The notes beneath the pieces are model-generated. The model was given only the letters and a program-made list of their open reading frames with translations, did not search any database and was not told the origin of the DNA. The position numbers were made by a program, and so were the translations under genes. A stretch of 64,000 bases of DNA, taken from positions 1 to 64,000 of the forward strand of contig RSEE01000016.1 in NCBI GenBank assembly GCA_003971905.1, in the 5' to 3' direction. Positions 40,437-53,194 of this stretch are shown piece by piece (position 1 is the stretch's first letter; each line of letters opens with the position of its first letter). Source of the DNA: Moniliella sp. 'wahieum'. Its lineage: Eukaryota.

Positions 40437-41465
40437 TCAAAAGATTGCCGACGCAATCCCCATCCCCACACCTGTTCATACTCTCGTCAGTACTCAGCAC
40501 TCCGTGCTCAGTCTTCCTCCCACGCCCCCTCTTCCCGCCCCCCCTTTCTAGAGTTCGACACGTACCAAATGCAGCACCGCCAGCTGCCGCCTGGCCACGT
40601 TGCTCTTACGGAACTTGTCCCATTGCTCGTCTTGCCATCTTGTGCTCCCGCCTCATACTCGCCCGCCTGTGCCGGGGGATACGCCGCCGCGCCATAGCCT
40701 TGAGGTGGTGCGCCATACCCTTGAGGAGGATAACCTTGGGGAGGATAGCCTTGCGGAGGATAGCCTTGGGCAGGGTAACCTTGAGGCGGATACGCAGCTG
40801 CGCCCGAGGGACCCGCTACACTCTTCTTCTCCGTCTTTGCGCGTACTTCCACATAGTTCGCCGGAACAGGCGGTCGTCGCCCCACGACCTTGCACATGGC
40901 CCGAAAACCAATCCTCCGTCGTATGCGCCGCGACAACAATCGTATCGCCCTTGGCAAATGCCAACTCATCTTCGGCCGTCGGCTTGTAATCGTACAAGGC
41001 GGTCGCCAGCTCTTCCTCTGGCTCTGCCTCGGCAACCTGGGGAGCGGCCGGAGGACCAGATGCTGAGCCAGCCTGGGGAACGGGACTTGGTACAGCACCC
41101 ATTCCGAGCGGCGGACCTTGGTACCCATCCGTCGCGGGGGCGCGGGGGACAGGCCAGACCCGGCGCATAGGCGGATTGCGGATGCGGACCAGGGTGAACG
41201 GGCGGGCCAGAGGCAACGGTTGGGCAAACTGGTACCGATAAGCGGGTCGAGCTGGGTCCGCATCGAACTAGCTTCCTCGGCTGTGGATCAACAAGGGGGA
41301 TGGGATGGAGTCAGCGCTCAGCTCAGCAGCCCCCAGCGCAGCCAGCACAGCCAACGCAGCCAGCGCAGCCAGAGGATACGCACGAGTCACTGCGCCTTGG
41401 TGTGCCAGGAAAGCAATGTCCTTGGCCAGACGCTGGGCAATGTATACTGCTACGGGATCGGACAT
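40437..41465 (-). CDS. SH3-domain protein of Pin3/Lsb1 type with Pro/Gln/Gly/Tyr-rich tail; intron near 40471-40565
   Basis: ATALYDYKPTAEDELAFAKGDTI..EDWFSGH...VPANYV, (PPQGY)n repeats, terminal AAF|GVGMGIASAIF*. Confidence 0.8.
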
Positions 41466-42302
41466 GGTGAATGCAGCAAGTGCGGTTGGCGGTAGAGATG
41501 GTGGCTGTGGCTGTGGCTGTGGCTGTAGTTGTGGCGACGCCTGCGCTGGCGATCGACGAAAGCCCGACCGGTGGCAGTTGCCGTCAGGGGGTTCACAACG
41601 TTTCAAAGTGTACCGATAGATTATGCGTAGCAGGTGACTTGTGATGAGGGTGATGACTTGGTGATAGCTTGCCTAGGCTGGTGGTGCATGGCTCAGAGGC
41701 ACTACATAATTTAGGCCAGTTCTTCATATCATAGCTCGCGCTGCACGCGCCCTTCCTGCCCTCCTTCTCAGCAGCCGGTGTCCTGTCTCTCCACCACCGC
41801 ACCGCTGTTCGCTTCACCCGTAACCTGCGTAACCGGTACCCTCGTTTCCGCTCTCTGTGACCGACCGACAGGCCACTTCTCCTGTAGCCTGCTCGTCGGA
41901 GGGGCCCTGTTCCAGAGCCAACAGATTATAGCGCGATTCTCGATTCGCCTTTGAGCGCTCTAGAAACGTACTGTTTTTTTTTTCGCGACAGCAGACCGCC
42001 CTCTCACATCTCATTCCTCTTTTCAAATGCGAGCGGGTGGCACCTGTATAAGTGAAAGAGCTATACGTCAAATAATAAGCTCGCCGTCACTGTTGGTAGG
42101 TAGCGGGGCGCCTCCCAGCGATGGCAATGGCTGGACCACAGGGTGTAGTACGAAGAGCATATCTCACCATACCACATCCGGATCCCTTGCTCTCGCAGAA
42201 AGAACGGGAATCAAATTGGTTTACAGTAGGATCGAAAAATCCCGCCTCCCCCCCCCCTCCCCTCCCAAAAAAAGTGAAAGGGCAGGAAAGATCTTGTGAA
42301 AG

Positions 42303-43687
42303 TTAATGGCGAATGTTCTCCAAACGGTATGTGCTGGTATACACCTTGGTGTCCAAGTTGGTAGTCTTGTCACTGAGCCGGGCCAGGCGGTTATTTTGAT
42401 CCGCAATCTCGGTCCCCATCGCGCGACCAAGTCGGTTGAGGCCCTGGCGACGTGTCCAATATCATTCAAGTTGTTTTCCAGCTCATCCTCCACCTCATCG
42501 TCGGACGCGGTCGCCTCAAATTGATAGCGGGCACGTTGGGCAAGTTTGGTCGCCTGGGGATCTTCCCCTCGGCCTTGAAGTCCCGAATTTTTTCCAAAGG
42601 CAAACTTGCGCGCAGCAAAGCGAGAGCTACTGCCTGGTCCACCAAGCGAATCGTCTACACGACGTTGCGACCGGATGGCCTCGTCGCGCAAGCGTTCCCG
42701 CTCCTCCCGTTCGTCGACATGCCGATTAATAATGCGAGCCTCTTCCGCGGCTCGCTTGGCGCTCGGTTGAAGGTAATGTGAGGACGAAAGAAGATAGAAC
42801 CATGAGGTTTCTCAATCTCTCTGGCGTTGTCATCAGCACGATGGGCATGGGCCTTGCTCATATCCAAGTTACGCTCCGTGTCGGCCAACTTTTCGCTTTG
42901 GTCACCTAACCGCATCATACTGTTCAAGGCGGTCTCCTCGGCTTCCCGGGCAACGGAGAGCATTGCGGGTGGAACTGAGGACTCTTGTTGTTTGGTGTAC
43001 CGCATCTGCTGCTTGGCCGCCTCGGTCTCTTGGTCCGATTCGGTCATTTCGACCGTCTCCTGCGCATCGCCCGCCTCATCTCCTGGACCCGGCGCGGCAC
43101 CGTACTCCTCCTCCAACTCCTCTTGCGCCGTCTTGGCAGTGCGCGAGGGAGGCCCAACACCGTACCCGGAAGATGAATCAGCATGACCACCCACAGCAGG
43201 GACATCGTACCCGCCAGTGGGCGTGCCATACCCGCCATTCGGCATACCGTACCCGCCATTCGGCGGTCCATATCCCGCAGTAGGGGAGCCATACCTCCCA
43301 CCGGGGCGTAGCCCCTTGGATCTCCGTACCCTCCTACCGTTCCATACCCTCCTCCGTCCAATCCAGGGGCGGAGGAGGCGGTGCAACAGGAGGGATGGCA
43401 CTACTGTGTGTGCCCCGGAGTTTGAAGCGTTCGTACCCGTTGCCAATCTTGGCCCATGTGGGCTGGGGGCGTCGTTCGGGCCAGGGGCAGCCGCTTGACC
43501 TGGCAAGGGCTGGTTGCGTGCTTCCGGGTTGGCAGGCACATTGTAGCGTGGCATGTATCCGTTGGACCGTACGGGAGGCAGTGTCGCTTCCTCGCGTTCT
43601 GCTTAGCGCGCAACTAAGGCTACGGTGTGAGCAGCGTGGGGGGTGGATGCAAGGAAAAAGAAGACATACCTTGTCTCGTAGACCCAT
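42303..43687 (-). CDS. SEC9: SNAP-25-like t-SNARE Sec9; short first exon MGLRDK followed by a GTATGT intron; frameshifted
   Basis: KQQMRYTKQ, AREAEETALNSMMRLGDQSEKLADTERNLD, RYQFEATASDDEVEDELENNL. Confidence 0.9.
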
Positions 43688-43734
43688 GGCTGGCACTGCC
43701 TACGTTCTGGTGGTGGTGGCGAGGAGAGGGAATA

Positions 43735-43770
43735 GGATGGATGGATGGATGGATGGATGGATGGATGGAT
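43735..43770. repeat. (GGAT)9 microsatellite in the SEC9 5' region
   Basis: Direct read of ggat units. Confidence 0.95.
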
Positions 43771-44516
43771 GGGATGGGCCGATGAGCCCGTTGGCGCGGA
43801 AAAGAGCGGGGGGCGGGGGAGGGCATGCATCCAAGCTCCATCTCCATCTCGCTCGCTGGTCCATCTCGCTCGGGAGATTGGCAGGCGCCGTGGCTCGCAT
43901 CACCGGCGTCATCATCAGCAAGGGTGCACTCTCGGTGCGACTGTCCCTGTGCGTTCTTAACAGTTGCGCCCCCTAGGTAATGAAGCGGTCGGGGGGGGGG
44001 GCAGTGAAGCTCGAAGTTTGACGCGACCAGTGCCTGGGGAAATGATGGTGGCAAAAGGCGGAGTGGCCCACCTGTTGGCGCGCATGTTGATGAAGCGAAG
44101 GCCGCCGACGCTCTATTGGGCACAATGGTTGATGAGATCGATCGATGAAGTTTGGGTAAGTTAATGGGATATTAAGACGAATCGATGATTGCGATGCGGA
44201 TGTGTAAGTGGTGTGCGTGCAGGCGGTCTGTGCGTATATAAGCCAAAGCCAGTTTTGCCATCCGAAACGCCCAGAACAAAACCGGGGGAGGCCAAGCAAG
44301 CAGGTCAAGCAGGCCAAGCCCAGCTGGGCCAGTGCCCCGCAATTGCCCAATTGAAATCTTACGTCGCCCCATCGATGATTGAATCTTCATCGATGATAAT
44401 GACGTGAGTACGCCGGGGCCAAATTCAAACTTCTTACCAGGACATGCAGAACGTAGAAATCCCTGTCGGGATTGGTTCGAAGCTCTGCCTGGCACACGAC
44501 CTGTACCGCCATCGCT

Positions 44517-45675
44517 ATGCCTCCCAAGAAGCAACAGAAGGGTGGTAAGGACCAGAGAAGAAGCAGAATGCGCCTGCCAAAGTCGCAGTTGACAAGACGT
44601 TTGGGCTAAAAAACAAGAAGGGTGCTGCCCAGCAAAAACAGGTCAAGATCATCCAGCAGCAACAGGGGTAGTCGGGCAAGTCCCCGGCCCAGCTGGCTAA
44701 AGAAAAAGAACGGGAGCGCGAGAGAAACAGCTCCGGGCCGAGGCGGAGAAGGAGCGCCGGAAACAAGCGAGTCAAATGAGCATTGTACGCCCAAACCTGC
44801 ATTTGGTGAGGACGCCAAGACAATCGTGTGCGAGTACTGGCGGGCCGGGGTGTGCTCCAAAGGCACCAAGTGCAAATTTGCCCATTCACTCGAGGCAGGC
44901 CGCAAGGTGGCCAAGAAAGACTTGTATGTGGATTCGCGTGATGCAGAGCGTGAGGCCAAGGAGGCCGATACGATGGATAGCTGGGATGACGCCAAGTGCA
45001 ATCAGTCGTGATGAGCAAACACGGAAACCCAAAGACAACAACGGACAAGGTGTGCAAGTACTTTCTTCAAGTGTCGAGATGGCAAGTACGGTTGGTTCTG
45101 GGAGTGTCCGAATGGGGGCGAAAAGTGCATGTACCGCCACCGCCTTCCACCAGGGTTTGTGCTTCGCTCCGAGCAAAAAGAGCGCGAACGGCTCGAGAAG
45201 GCCAACGAGATTTCCCTCGAAGACTTTATCGAGGCTCAACGCCATGCCCTGGTGGGCAAAAACCTCACCCTGTCACGGCCGAGTCCTTTGCAAAGTGGAA
45301 GCAAGATCGGCGGACAAGAAGGCAGCGGAGGAGGATTTGGCCAAGGCCAAATCGGCCAAGACGGCAGCAGCGCTGTCCAAAGCCTCTGGTCTGTCCGGAC
45401 GAGAGATGTTCGAGTTGCATCCCGACATGTTTGTTGACGAGGCGGGGCTTGACGAGTACGACATGACTCAATTCATCGCCGACAATCGGCAACACGATGA
45501 GGAAGCTGAGATGGCACTGGAACAACGGGCGTTCCACGCAGCTCAGGCAGCCCACCAAGAAGACCTTCGACGCAAAAACACGGCGCAACTGCAGGCGGCA
45601 CAAGACAAACTCGAGGCGCTGAACCTCCCCGATCCTCAGGCCGAGGAGCAAACGCGCCGGGAGATGGCGGTTTGA
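44517..45675 (+). CDS. TMA46: CCCH zinc-finger protein Tma46/ZC3H15 (DFRP1); frameshifted
   Basis: [75 protein letters not shown]. Confidence 0.92.
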
Positions 45676-46759
45676 AGTGGTGCGACGACTGTCAGGCAAC
45701 AGGCCTGCGCCCTGTTTGTTGCCTATGTATGTGTACAACATCCGCCCTCCCTCCCCCACTCTTATATGTAGGACGTAGCGAGATCTCCACATGCCCTTTC
45801 TCCTAGTCACGAGTCATTTGCACATTAACGCTCACGCGCTCAAGTCTTCCGGCCTCAACAAGGCGGAGCAACCGCCAGAGCGCACCACTCGCCTACATTC
45901 TGAGTTGATCAGATCGGCTCGCATCTTGGCTGGAAGTGCGTTGAACCCGTCGCGCTGGAAGGGTGGGATGTGCGAAGCTCCAGGCTTCAAACTTCAAGCG
46001 TCAAGATGCAGATCACAAAGTTTGGCGCGGAGAAGTACCGCGTAACGGCAGGGCAAGCCTAATAGCAGGCCTAGGTTGTCGAGCTTTGGTCATGAATGTG
46101 GTGCGTTGAACGTGTTGAACGTTGAAGCGAGCGAAGGTCGCCGGTGGATGATGAACGATGAACGATGAACATTGCAACGGGTGCCGAGGGCGTACAGAGG
46201 AGGAGTGGCGCCGTGGAGGAAGGGTTGGGGCCTGGCGGGGCCGGCAGAAAAAGAGCAGCTCGAGGGGTCTGCTGCGTTGTGCCCCACCCTCCACTCCACG
46301 TTAGCGCGTTAGCGGCAATTGCCGCATAAGTTAAGGGGTCCTGCAAAGCCCATGCGAACCAGCGCGTTTTGACTCGAAACGCTTGGCGCCGCCAGCTCTG
46401 GCGCTCCATGTTTCGAGGCCTGCGAATAGGCTCCGAGCTGTGGCACAGCTGTCAGTGTGCCAATGCAATACAGGAACTGAGGGGGGCATCAGATGGCACG
46501 TCCCACAGATGGGGGGTGATGCCGCCGCTCCGTAACTGCGTGGGTGTGCGCCTTGTCTCGCCTTCTCCCTGTCCAGCAGACTATAATCTACCTGTGCGCA
46601 TGGCTCGGGTTCTTGTTGTCAATAAAAGCCGTCGCACTCTCCACCGTAACCACAGCACCATCCTTCCATCCTTCCATCCTCCCCTTTCCCTTCACTACCC
46701 CCCCAAGTATATTCCCCCCTCCCTTTTATCTCTTCTCTTCTTACCACACACACCTCACT

Positions 46760-47888
46760 ATGCTGCTGCCCAACTTCGTCTCTCTTCTCATTTCCCTTAC
46801 AGCCATCGAAGTGGCCGCAGGGGAAAGCCAAGGCCGGCAGGCCCGTGCCTTTGGCTCTCCCCATTCCCTTCAAGCTCCCGCGCGCCGTCATGGACACGAG
46901 TCGAACCAACGTCAAGCCGGGTATGTTGTTTCTCTCTCTTGCGTTTGTTGTGGTGCTTCTAGGAACTAACGACAAAGCTTGGGTTGGGACAGAAATCGTC
47001 GCTGGGGCTTGGGCGATTTGGGTGACTTTGACTTTGGCAATTTGGGCACTGGCTCAGGTGATGGGAAGGCATGGTCAGGCTTTGGCTCTGGCTTGGGCTC
47101 TGGCTTTGGTTCGGGCTTTGGATGGGGCGGAAGTAACGGCGGCCACGGAGGCCAAGGAAGTCAGGCGCCAGGCGGCGGCGGTGGTGGCGGTCAAGGTGGC
47201 GGTCAAGGTGGCTCAGGAAGCCAAGGCTGTGACGGAAGCCAAAGTGGTGACGGCGGCCAAGGAAGCCAAGGCGGCCAAGGAAGCCAGGCCCCGGGTGCGG
47301 CAGGTGGTGGTTGGTGGTGGCCACTCTGGCAGTGGCTCTGGTGGCCATGGCGGAGGCCATCGTCCTGGCAGCGGCTCTGGTGGCCATGGCGGCAGTCACG
47401 GTGGAGGTGGCAGTGGCAGTGGCGGTCACGGTGGGCGGCTCTGGTAGCGGTCAACGTGGGACAACACCATTGTCCAATACCACAAACGGTTCGTGCGGTT
47501 CACCAAGCCGGCCCGGTCACATGGGATGCCACTCTGGCTGAGTATGCAAAGAATTACCTCGCGTCGGACAACTGTGTGTTCAAGCACAGCGGTGGCAAGT
47601 ACGGCGAGAACATTGCTGAGGGCTACTCGACGGTAACGAAAGCAATGCAGGGCTGGTACGATGAGTACAAAGACTACAATTACAACAACCCGGGCTTCTC
47701 TGAGAACATGGCCACTTTACCCAGATGGTCTGGAAAGGAACCAACAAGGTGGGTTGCGCACAGCAACATGCGGGTCGAGCGGTGCGTTTGTTGTGTGTGA
47801 GTACAGTCCGGCCGGTAACGTTGTCGGTGGCAATTACTTTAAGGAGAACGTTCTCCCTCCCAAGGGCGGTTCGAGCGGCAGTGGTTAA
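46760..47888 (+). CDS. Secreted CAP/SCP/PR-1-like protein with a Gly/Ser/Gln-rich N-terminal extension; probable intron ~46921-46980
   Basis: Signal peptide MLLPNFVSLLISLTAIEVAA, GGQGSQ repeats, VTWDATLAEYA, CVFKHSGGKYGENIA, GWYDE, VWKGTNKVGCA, VVCEYSPAGNV. Confidence 0.9.
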
Positions 47889-48487
47889 AGGTGTGTTTTC
47901 GTCCATATTCCCCTCCTCTCCGTGGCTCTCTAAGGATCATGGATCACATTTCAAGCAAATCCCTACTCACATCGTTTTCAACTCAACCAGCTGGTCTGGG
48001 TTACATTCTTAAGCCAGTATCTCCTCGATCATTCTACACATGTCGACCCAGCTGGCCTGGTCTGTCATTAAGTACAAGCATATGTGTTGGGCCTGGGGCC
48101 CACAGGTCTGGTAGCTTGATGACGATAGATGCTGCTCTAGTTGCCCGTGCACAGAAGAACCGTAAGATCCAATGTGCACCATTTTCGTCTCCTCCAGGAT
48201 ATGCAGTTGTTGTTGTAGTGGGTTGGAAACGAGGACGGATTCAGCAGAGCATCGCAGTCTCGTGGCTGTCCGATCTCCCGCCCATAAATGTATCTCCCGA
48301 AGCGGCTTCTAACGAACAAAGAAATGCTTCTCCTTTACTACTCTCAATGGGGGCAGTGGTATGGTGACAACGCAGCGTGTTGTTCTTTCTTACACTACGG
48401 GAACACATCCGCCAAAAGAAACCATTCTGAAAGGGGGGCGGGAGAGCATAAGGATCCCCGTAGTCGCATTGGCATAGTAAGTTGCAC

Positions 48488-49355
48488 TTAGGCCTCAAAG
48501 AAGAGAGCCGCACCCACCTTGTGGGCCGGGACGACCGCCTCGGTAGCCGAGAAGGCCTTGGTGTCGAGCGCGAGGCCGAGCGATGCCTTGACGCCCGGGC
48601 GAAGGGCCTGGGTGTATCCCACACCAACAATCCCGTCGTTGTTGATCTTGGCCTTGACAAAGGCAGCATTGTCAAGGTACAGCTTGCTGCCAAACTCGAG
48701 CTTGGTCTCTTTGCTTGGCTTGCTGGCATCAAACTGCAGACGCGCACCTGTCTCAAGGTCGGCATTGATACGGTGGTAGTAAGACGCAACGTAGTTGGTC
48801 AGGCGCTTGGTGCTTGCAGAGTGATTGCGTACTGGGGCGCGTAGTAGCCAACCGCGGTCTCGTAGTTGGTCACTTGCTTGGTCTGGAGGTTCACCAACGC
48901 GGCGTAGCCAGCCACAAAGCCGTCGCGGCCCACAACGAGTCGTGGGCAGCCAACGGGCCCTTGGTCAGGTCGATCGTGGTGGGGTGTGCACATTGGGCTG
49001 CTTAAAGACGGTGTTGAGCACACCAGTCTTGGTACCCTTGTCGGGTGGAAAGTGGAGACAAAGTCTGCCTTGAAGCCCTTGGCAAGGTAGTTCTCTGCCT
49101 CGAGTGTCTGGCGGATCAAGTTGGTCGTGGTCCAGACCGTGGTGGCACTGACGCCCTTAGCCTTGTTAGCCACCTTAATCTCAAGGTCGCCAAGAATGGC
49201 GTTGGTCTGGTTGTTGCGCGCGCCTTGAACGTGGAACGTCACGCCGTTCGGGGCAGCCGTCTTGACATCGATCGAGGTGTGGCCCAAGGGGTAGTCCTTG
49301 CCCAGCAGGTCGTTGGTGGCCTTGCTCAGGTCTTTCCAGGGGGGGGGACAGCCAT
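48488..49355 (-). CDS. POR1: Mitochondrial outer membrane porin (VDAC); frameshifted
   Basis: MAVPPPWKDLSKATNDLLGKDYP, VTNYETAVGY, VKAKINNDGIVG, ALDTKAF...HKVG. Confidence 0.92.
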
Positions 49356-49910
49356 GATGACGGGGACGAACAAGGGGAGAAGAGGGTGGGTAACGGTGGG
49401 AGCTGGAAGAAGCTCGTCCCAACGCAACCGCCTCGATGGGCGCGCAGGAACCAGGCCTCGGATCAGCAGCTCTCTCGGGCCGCACCGGAGCCGGCTGCGT
49501 CGGTGAGAGGGGACGCAACACTGGCCCCATGCCGTTTCGGCGCATCCCAAGGTTCTAGGGGTCACGCATCCCGACACTGGCCCACTGCCTTCTGGAGAAG
49601 CACGGGCCGTGTGCCCCATACCCTGGGGCGTCGAGCCCGAGGTCTATAGGGCGGAAGTGGGCAAACATAAGCCGAAGGCGCGATCGACTCCGTCGTTGTC
49701 GCCATGGGGCTGTTCTCCATATCATCTTTGACGCGAAGTGCGTCAAGCCCATTACGGGCGATGGCCGGAATCTAAACTACCACCACTATCAGGATGTGAC
49801 ATGTGACATCCAGACGTCAAAGTAAAAAAGTGAACAAGTTCAACACGTGGACCACCTTCGGAGGGACGTGGAAAAAGCGAAAGAACAACTAACACGTGGG
49901 GAACGAGCAC

Positions 49911-51313
49911 TTAGTACTCCTCCTCAATCTCCTCCTCAACCGTCTCGGCGGCGACCTCCTCGTAGTCCTTCTCGAGGGCAGCAAGGTCCTCGCGGGCCTC
50001 GGAGAACTCACCCTCCTCCATACCCTCACCAACGTACCAGTGGACGAAGGCACGCTTCGAGTAGAGCAGGTCGAACTTGCGGTCGAGGCGAGTCCAGGCC
50101 GAGGCAATGGCCGTCGTGTTGGACAGCATGCACAGCGAGCGGCTGACCTTAGCCAGGTCACCGCCGGGAACCTGCGCGGGAGGCTCGTTGCAGATACCAA
50201 TCTTGAAGCCAGTGGGGCACCAGTCGACAAACTGATCGTGCGCTTCGTCTTGATAGCAGCCACAGCAGCGTTGACGTCCTTGGGGACGACATCACCACGG
50301 TAGTAGAGCAGGCACGAAGCCATGAACTTGCCCTCGCGAGGGTCGCACTTGACCATCTGGTTGCCCTTCTCGAACGCAGAGTAGGTCATCTCAGCAACGT
50401 GTTCTGCTCGTGCGCAGCCTTGTCGGCCGAGATAATGGGCGACAGCGAGGCAAGAGGGAAGTGGATGCGGGGGAAGGGAACCAGGTTGGTCTGGAACTCG
50501 TTCAGGTCCACATTGAGGGAGCCGTCGAAGCGGAGCGAGGCCGTGACCGACGAGACGACCTGAGCGATAAGCGGTTCAGGTTCGAGTACGAGGGCGACTG
50601 AATGCCGAGCTTGGTCTTGGCAATGTCGTACAGGGCCTCGTTGTCGACCATGAACGAGCAGTCGGAGTTCTCCAGCGTGTGTGTGGGTAGTCAGGACCGA
50701 GTTGTAGGGCTCGACAACCGACGAGGACATCATCGGGGCGGGGTACACCGAGAATTCAAGCTTGGCCTTCTTGCCGTAGTCCTGCGCGAGGTGGTCGAGC
50801 GAGCGAGCCGAAACCCGAACCAGTACCACCACCGAAGGAGTGGAGACGAAGACGAAGAAGCCTTGCAGCCCGACGTGGCGTCAGCAAGCTTACGGACACG
50901 GTCGAGCGTCGTCAATCAGTTCCTTGCCGACGTGGTGTAGTGGCCACGAGCGTAGTTGTTGGCAGCGTCCTCCTTGCCCGTAACAAGAGTTCGGGTGGAA
51001 GAGGGAACGGTAGGTGCCCGTGCGCACCTCGTCCACAACGTTGGGTCCAGGTCAACGTACACCGAGCGGGGAACGTACTTGCCCGACCGTCTCGGAGAAG
51101 AAGGTGCTGAAACCGTCGTCGCTCTGCGAGGGCGAGCCTCGAGAATGCGGCCGTCAGGCGAAAGGCCGTGCTCAGCCAGGTAAAGCTCCCAGCAGGCGTT
51201 ACCGATCTGGATACCGGCCTGGCCGACGTGGAGGGAAAGAACCTGGAGGGGCGACGTGTCAGGGGCAGGACGCCGAAGGGGGGCAAGGCGGGGATGGGAC
51301 GTACCTCACGCAT
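49911..51313 (-). CDS. TUB1: Alpha-tubulin; intron after MRE; frameshifted
   Basis: MRE start, [66 protein letters not shown]...EEEY*. Confidence 0.97.
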
Positions 51314-52253
51314 GGTACTTGAGAAGGATCAAAGAAACTGGGTGGAAGGATGGGGAGGGGGAGGGGGAGGCACTCAACACTGGCAAAGTAACGTGCAGTG
51401 GCGAGGCGGTGGTGGGGAGGAGACGGAAGCGGCGGCGGCTGGCACTGGTTTTATTCCTTCGCAGCCACCTGCGGCCACCCGAGCCAGTGCATCGGACACT
51501 GCCCCCCCGGTGCAGGCCCTCGCTTGCCTCCGCCCAACACGTGGAGTCCCCCCATGCCGCTGTTGATTGTGCGCGCGTCCCGCATCCAGGGGCACGCGTG
51601 TCGGCTGCGCTGGCACTCGGCCAGTGTCCGAACCCCCCGCCCCTCCGCACTCTCTGCCCCAAGCTTGCGTAAGCCACTGGTTGCGCAGTGCGCCGCCTGA
51701 CGAATTATGTAATTACCGTCGATCAATTCCTCACGGGCGTCTTCGTTCCGCCAGATCATCGATCACCAATCGCCACTCGCACTTTTTTCGTTCGTCCTTC
51801 CTCGCCTGCTACCAGACTGGCTACCAGATGGCGTCTAAACTGAACGACAACGAAAACGTTCCTGAGGGGCACATCATCCCTCGAGGCCAGCTGGGCAAGC
51901 TGTCAATAGATGAGGGTGGAGAACGTGAGCGCGTGAGCCCACACTGTTGACGTTTCATCGTTCATCGTACCATGAAGTTCTTTCAAAATTACATTCTGCG
52001 TCTTTCAACCTTCAATTTTTCAAGCCCTTCTTCAAGCCCTTCCTCAAGCTTCCCAACTGTAGAGGATCGGCATGTGAAGGTGACGTGGCACCCGATGCTG
52101 GCGATGCTGGCGATGATCGTCACGCATGACGGACGTGTCGAGGGCGGCCAAAACGGGGTGCGGCAAAACGCGTGGTGATATGGCAGCAGGCGCGTGGGGA
52201 AGACGGGCTGAGGGGTGGGGTAGCGTGGTATCTCGCGATAAACGCGAATACTG

Positions 52254-52315
52254 GTTGAACGTTACGCGTTACGCGTTACGCGACATGTTACACGTTAAAC
52301 GTTAAAAAACGTTAA
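52254..52315. repeat. Tandem 7-bp palindrome arrays (CGTTACG)3 and GTTAAAC between alpha-tubulin and the OSH gene
   Basis: gttgaacgttacgcgttacgcgttacgcg...cgttaaacgttaaaaaacgttaa. Confidence 0.9.
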
Positions 52316-53194
52316 AAGCGCATAGTACAGGTGGGACCCAAGGCTCCCAAGACCCCAAAGGTTGAACTCGCATCGCCGTAATGTAATGCGTGACGCGTGA
52401 CGTCCCAGGGAGGGTGAGATGAATGTCACTAACCCTATCGGCAGCCTGTACTGAATATCATGGGAGTTTCCTCTGCGCCCCATCAGAACTGTCTAATGTG
52501 AAGCGACGTATCTCGATGGGGCAGAGGAGAGAGGCAGTTCATAGGCACGTTATCTTGATTGATCGGATCCGTACACACTGCCGGCGGGGACAACCTAACC
52601 CGCAGCGCCTATACGGACTGGGCGCTAAGCGCTAAACGCTAAACGTTGAACACTTGAACGTTGACAGCTGGCATCGATGGGTCGCAGTGTCAATGAGGGT
52701 TATAGCAGCGTGGCACTATCGGCAATGTTGGCAGTGTTGGTAGCCTGGGCCCTGGCCCATTTGCGGCCCCGCATTGATATTGATTTCAGTCAGACACAGA
52801 AGAGATGCGGGAGCACTGAGGCATTGGGCGCCGTCACCGTTTGGCAACGTTCAACTGTGATACGTACTTATTTCCCCAGGTGGGCTCCGACTAGGCGCGT
52901 GGCGAGGCTGGCAAGACAGGACCGAGGGTTGGGCGTGCGGGGCATGACGACAGTGTGCCAGGACCGGCGGTGCGCGGTGCGCGGGCCGGTGCCTGCATTA
53001 GGGTTGCCATCACTATTGTCCATCAACTTGAACCTCCTTTCCCCGCCGCAGACAACTTGTGTTTGGGGTTGGGCTGCCACCAACTCTCCCCTGCACCTCC
53101 ACGTTTAGCACTACCCTCCCCGTCCCCTCCCCCCTCTTCATCAGCACCCACGTGAGCGCACCTGCGCCCTTGTATTTCCCACCACGAGCACACT

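Noticed and set aside
15697..52651. CRISPR array or restriction-site clusters (HindIII, ScaI, MluI hexamers)
   Set aside because: The context is eukaryotic with no repeat-spacer structure; the hexamers are by-products of tandem 7-bp palindromes.
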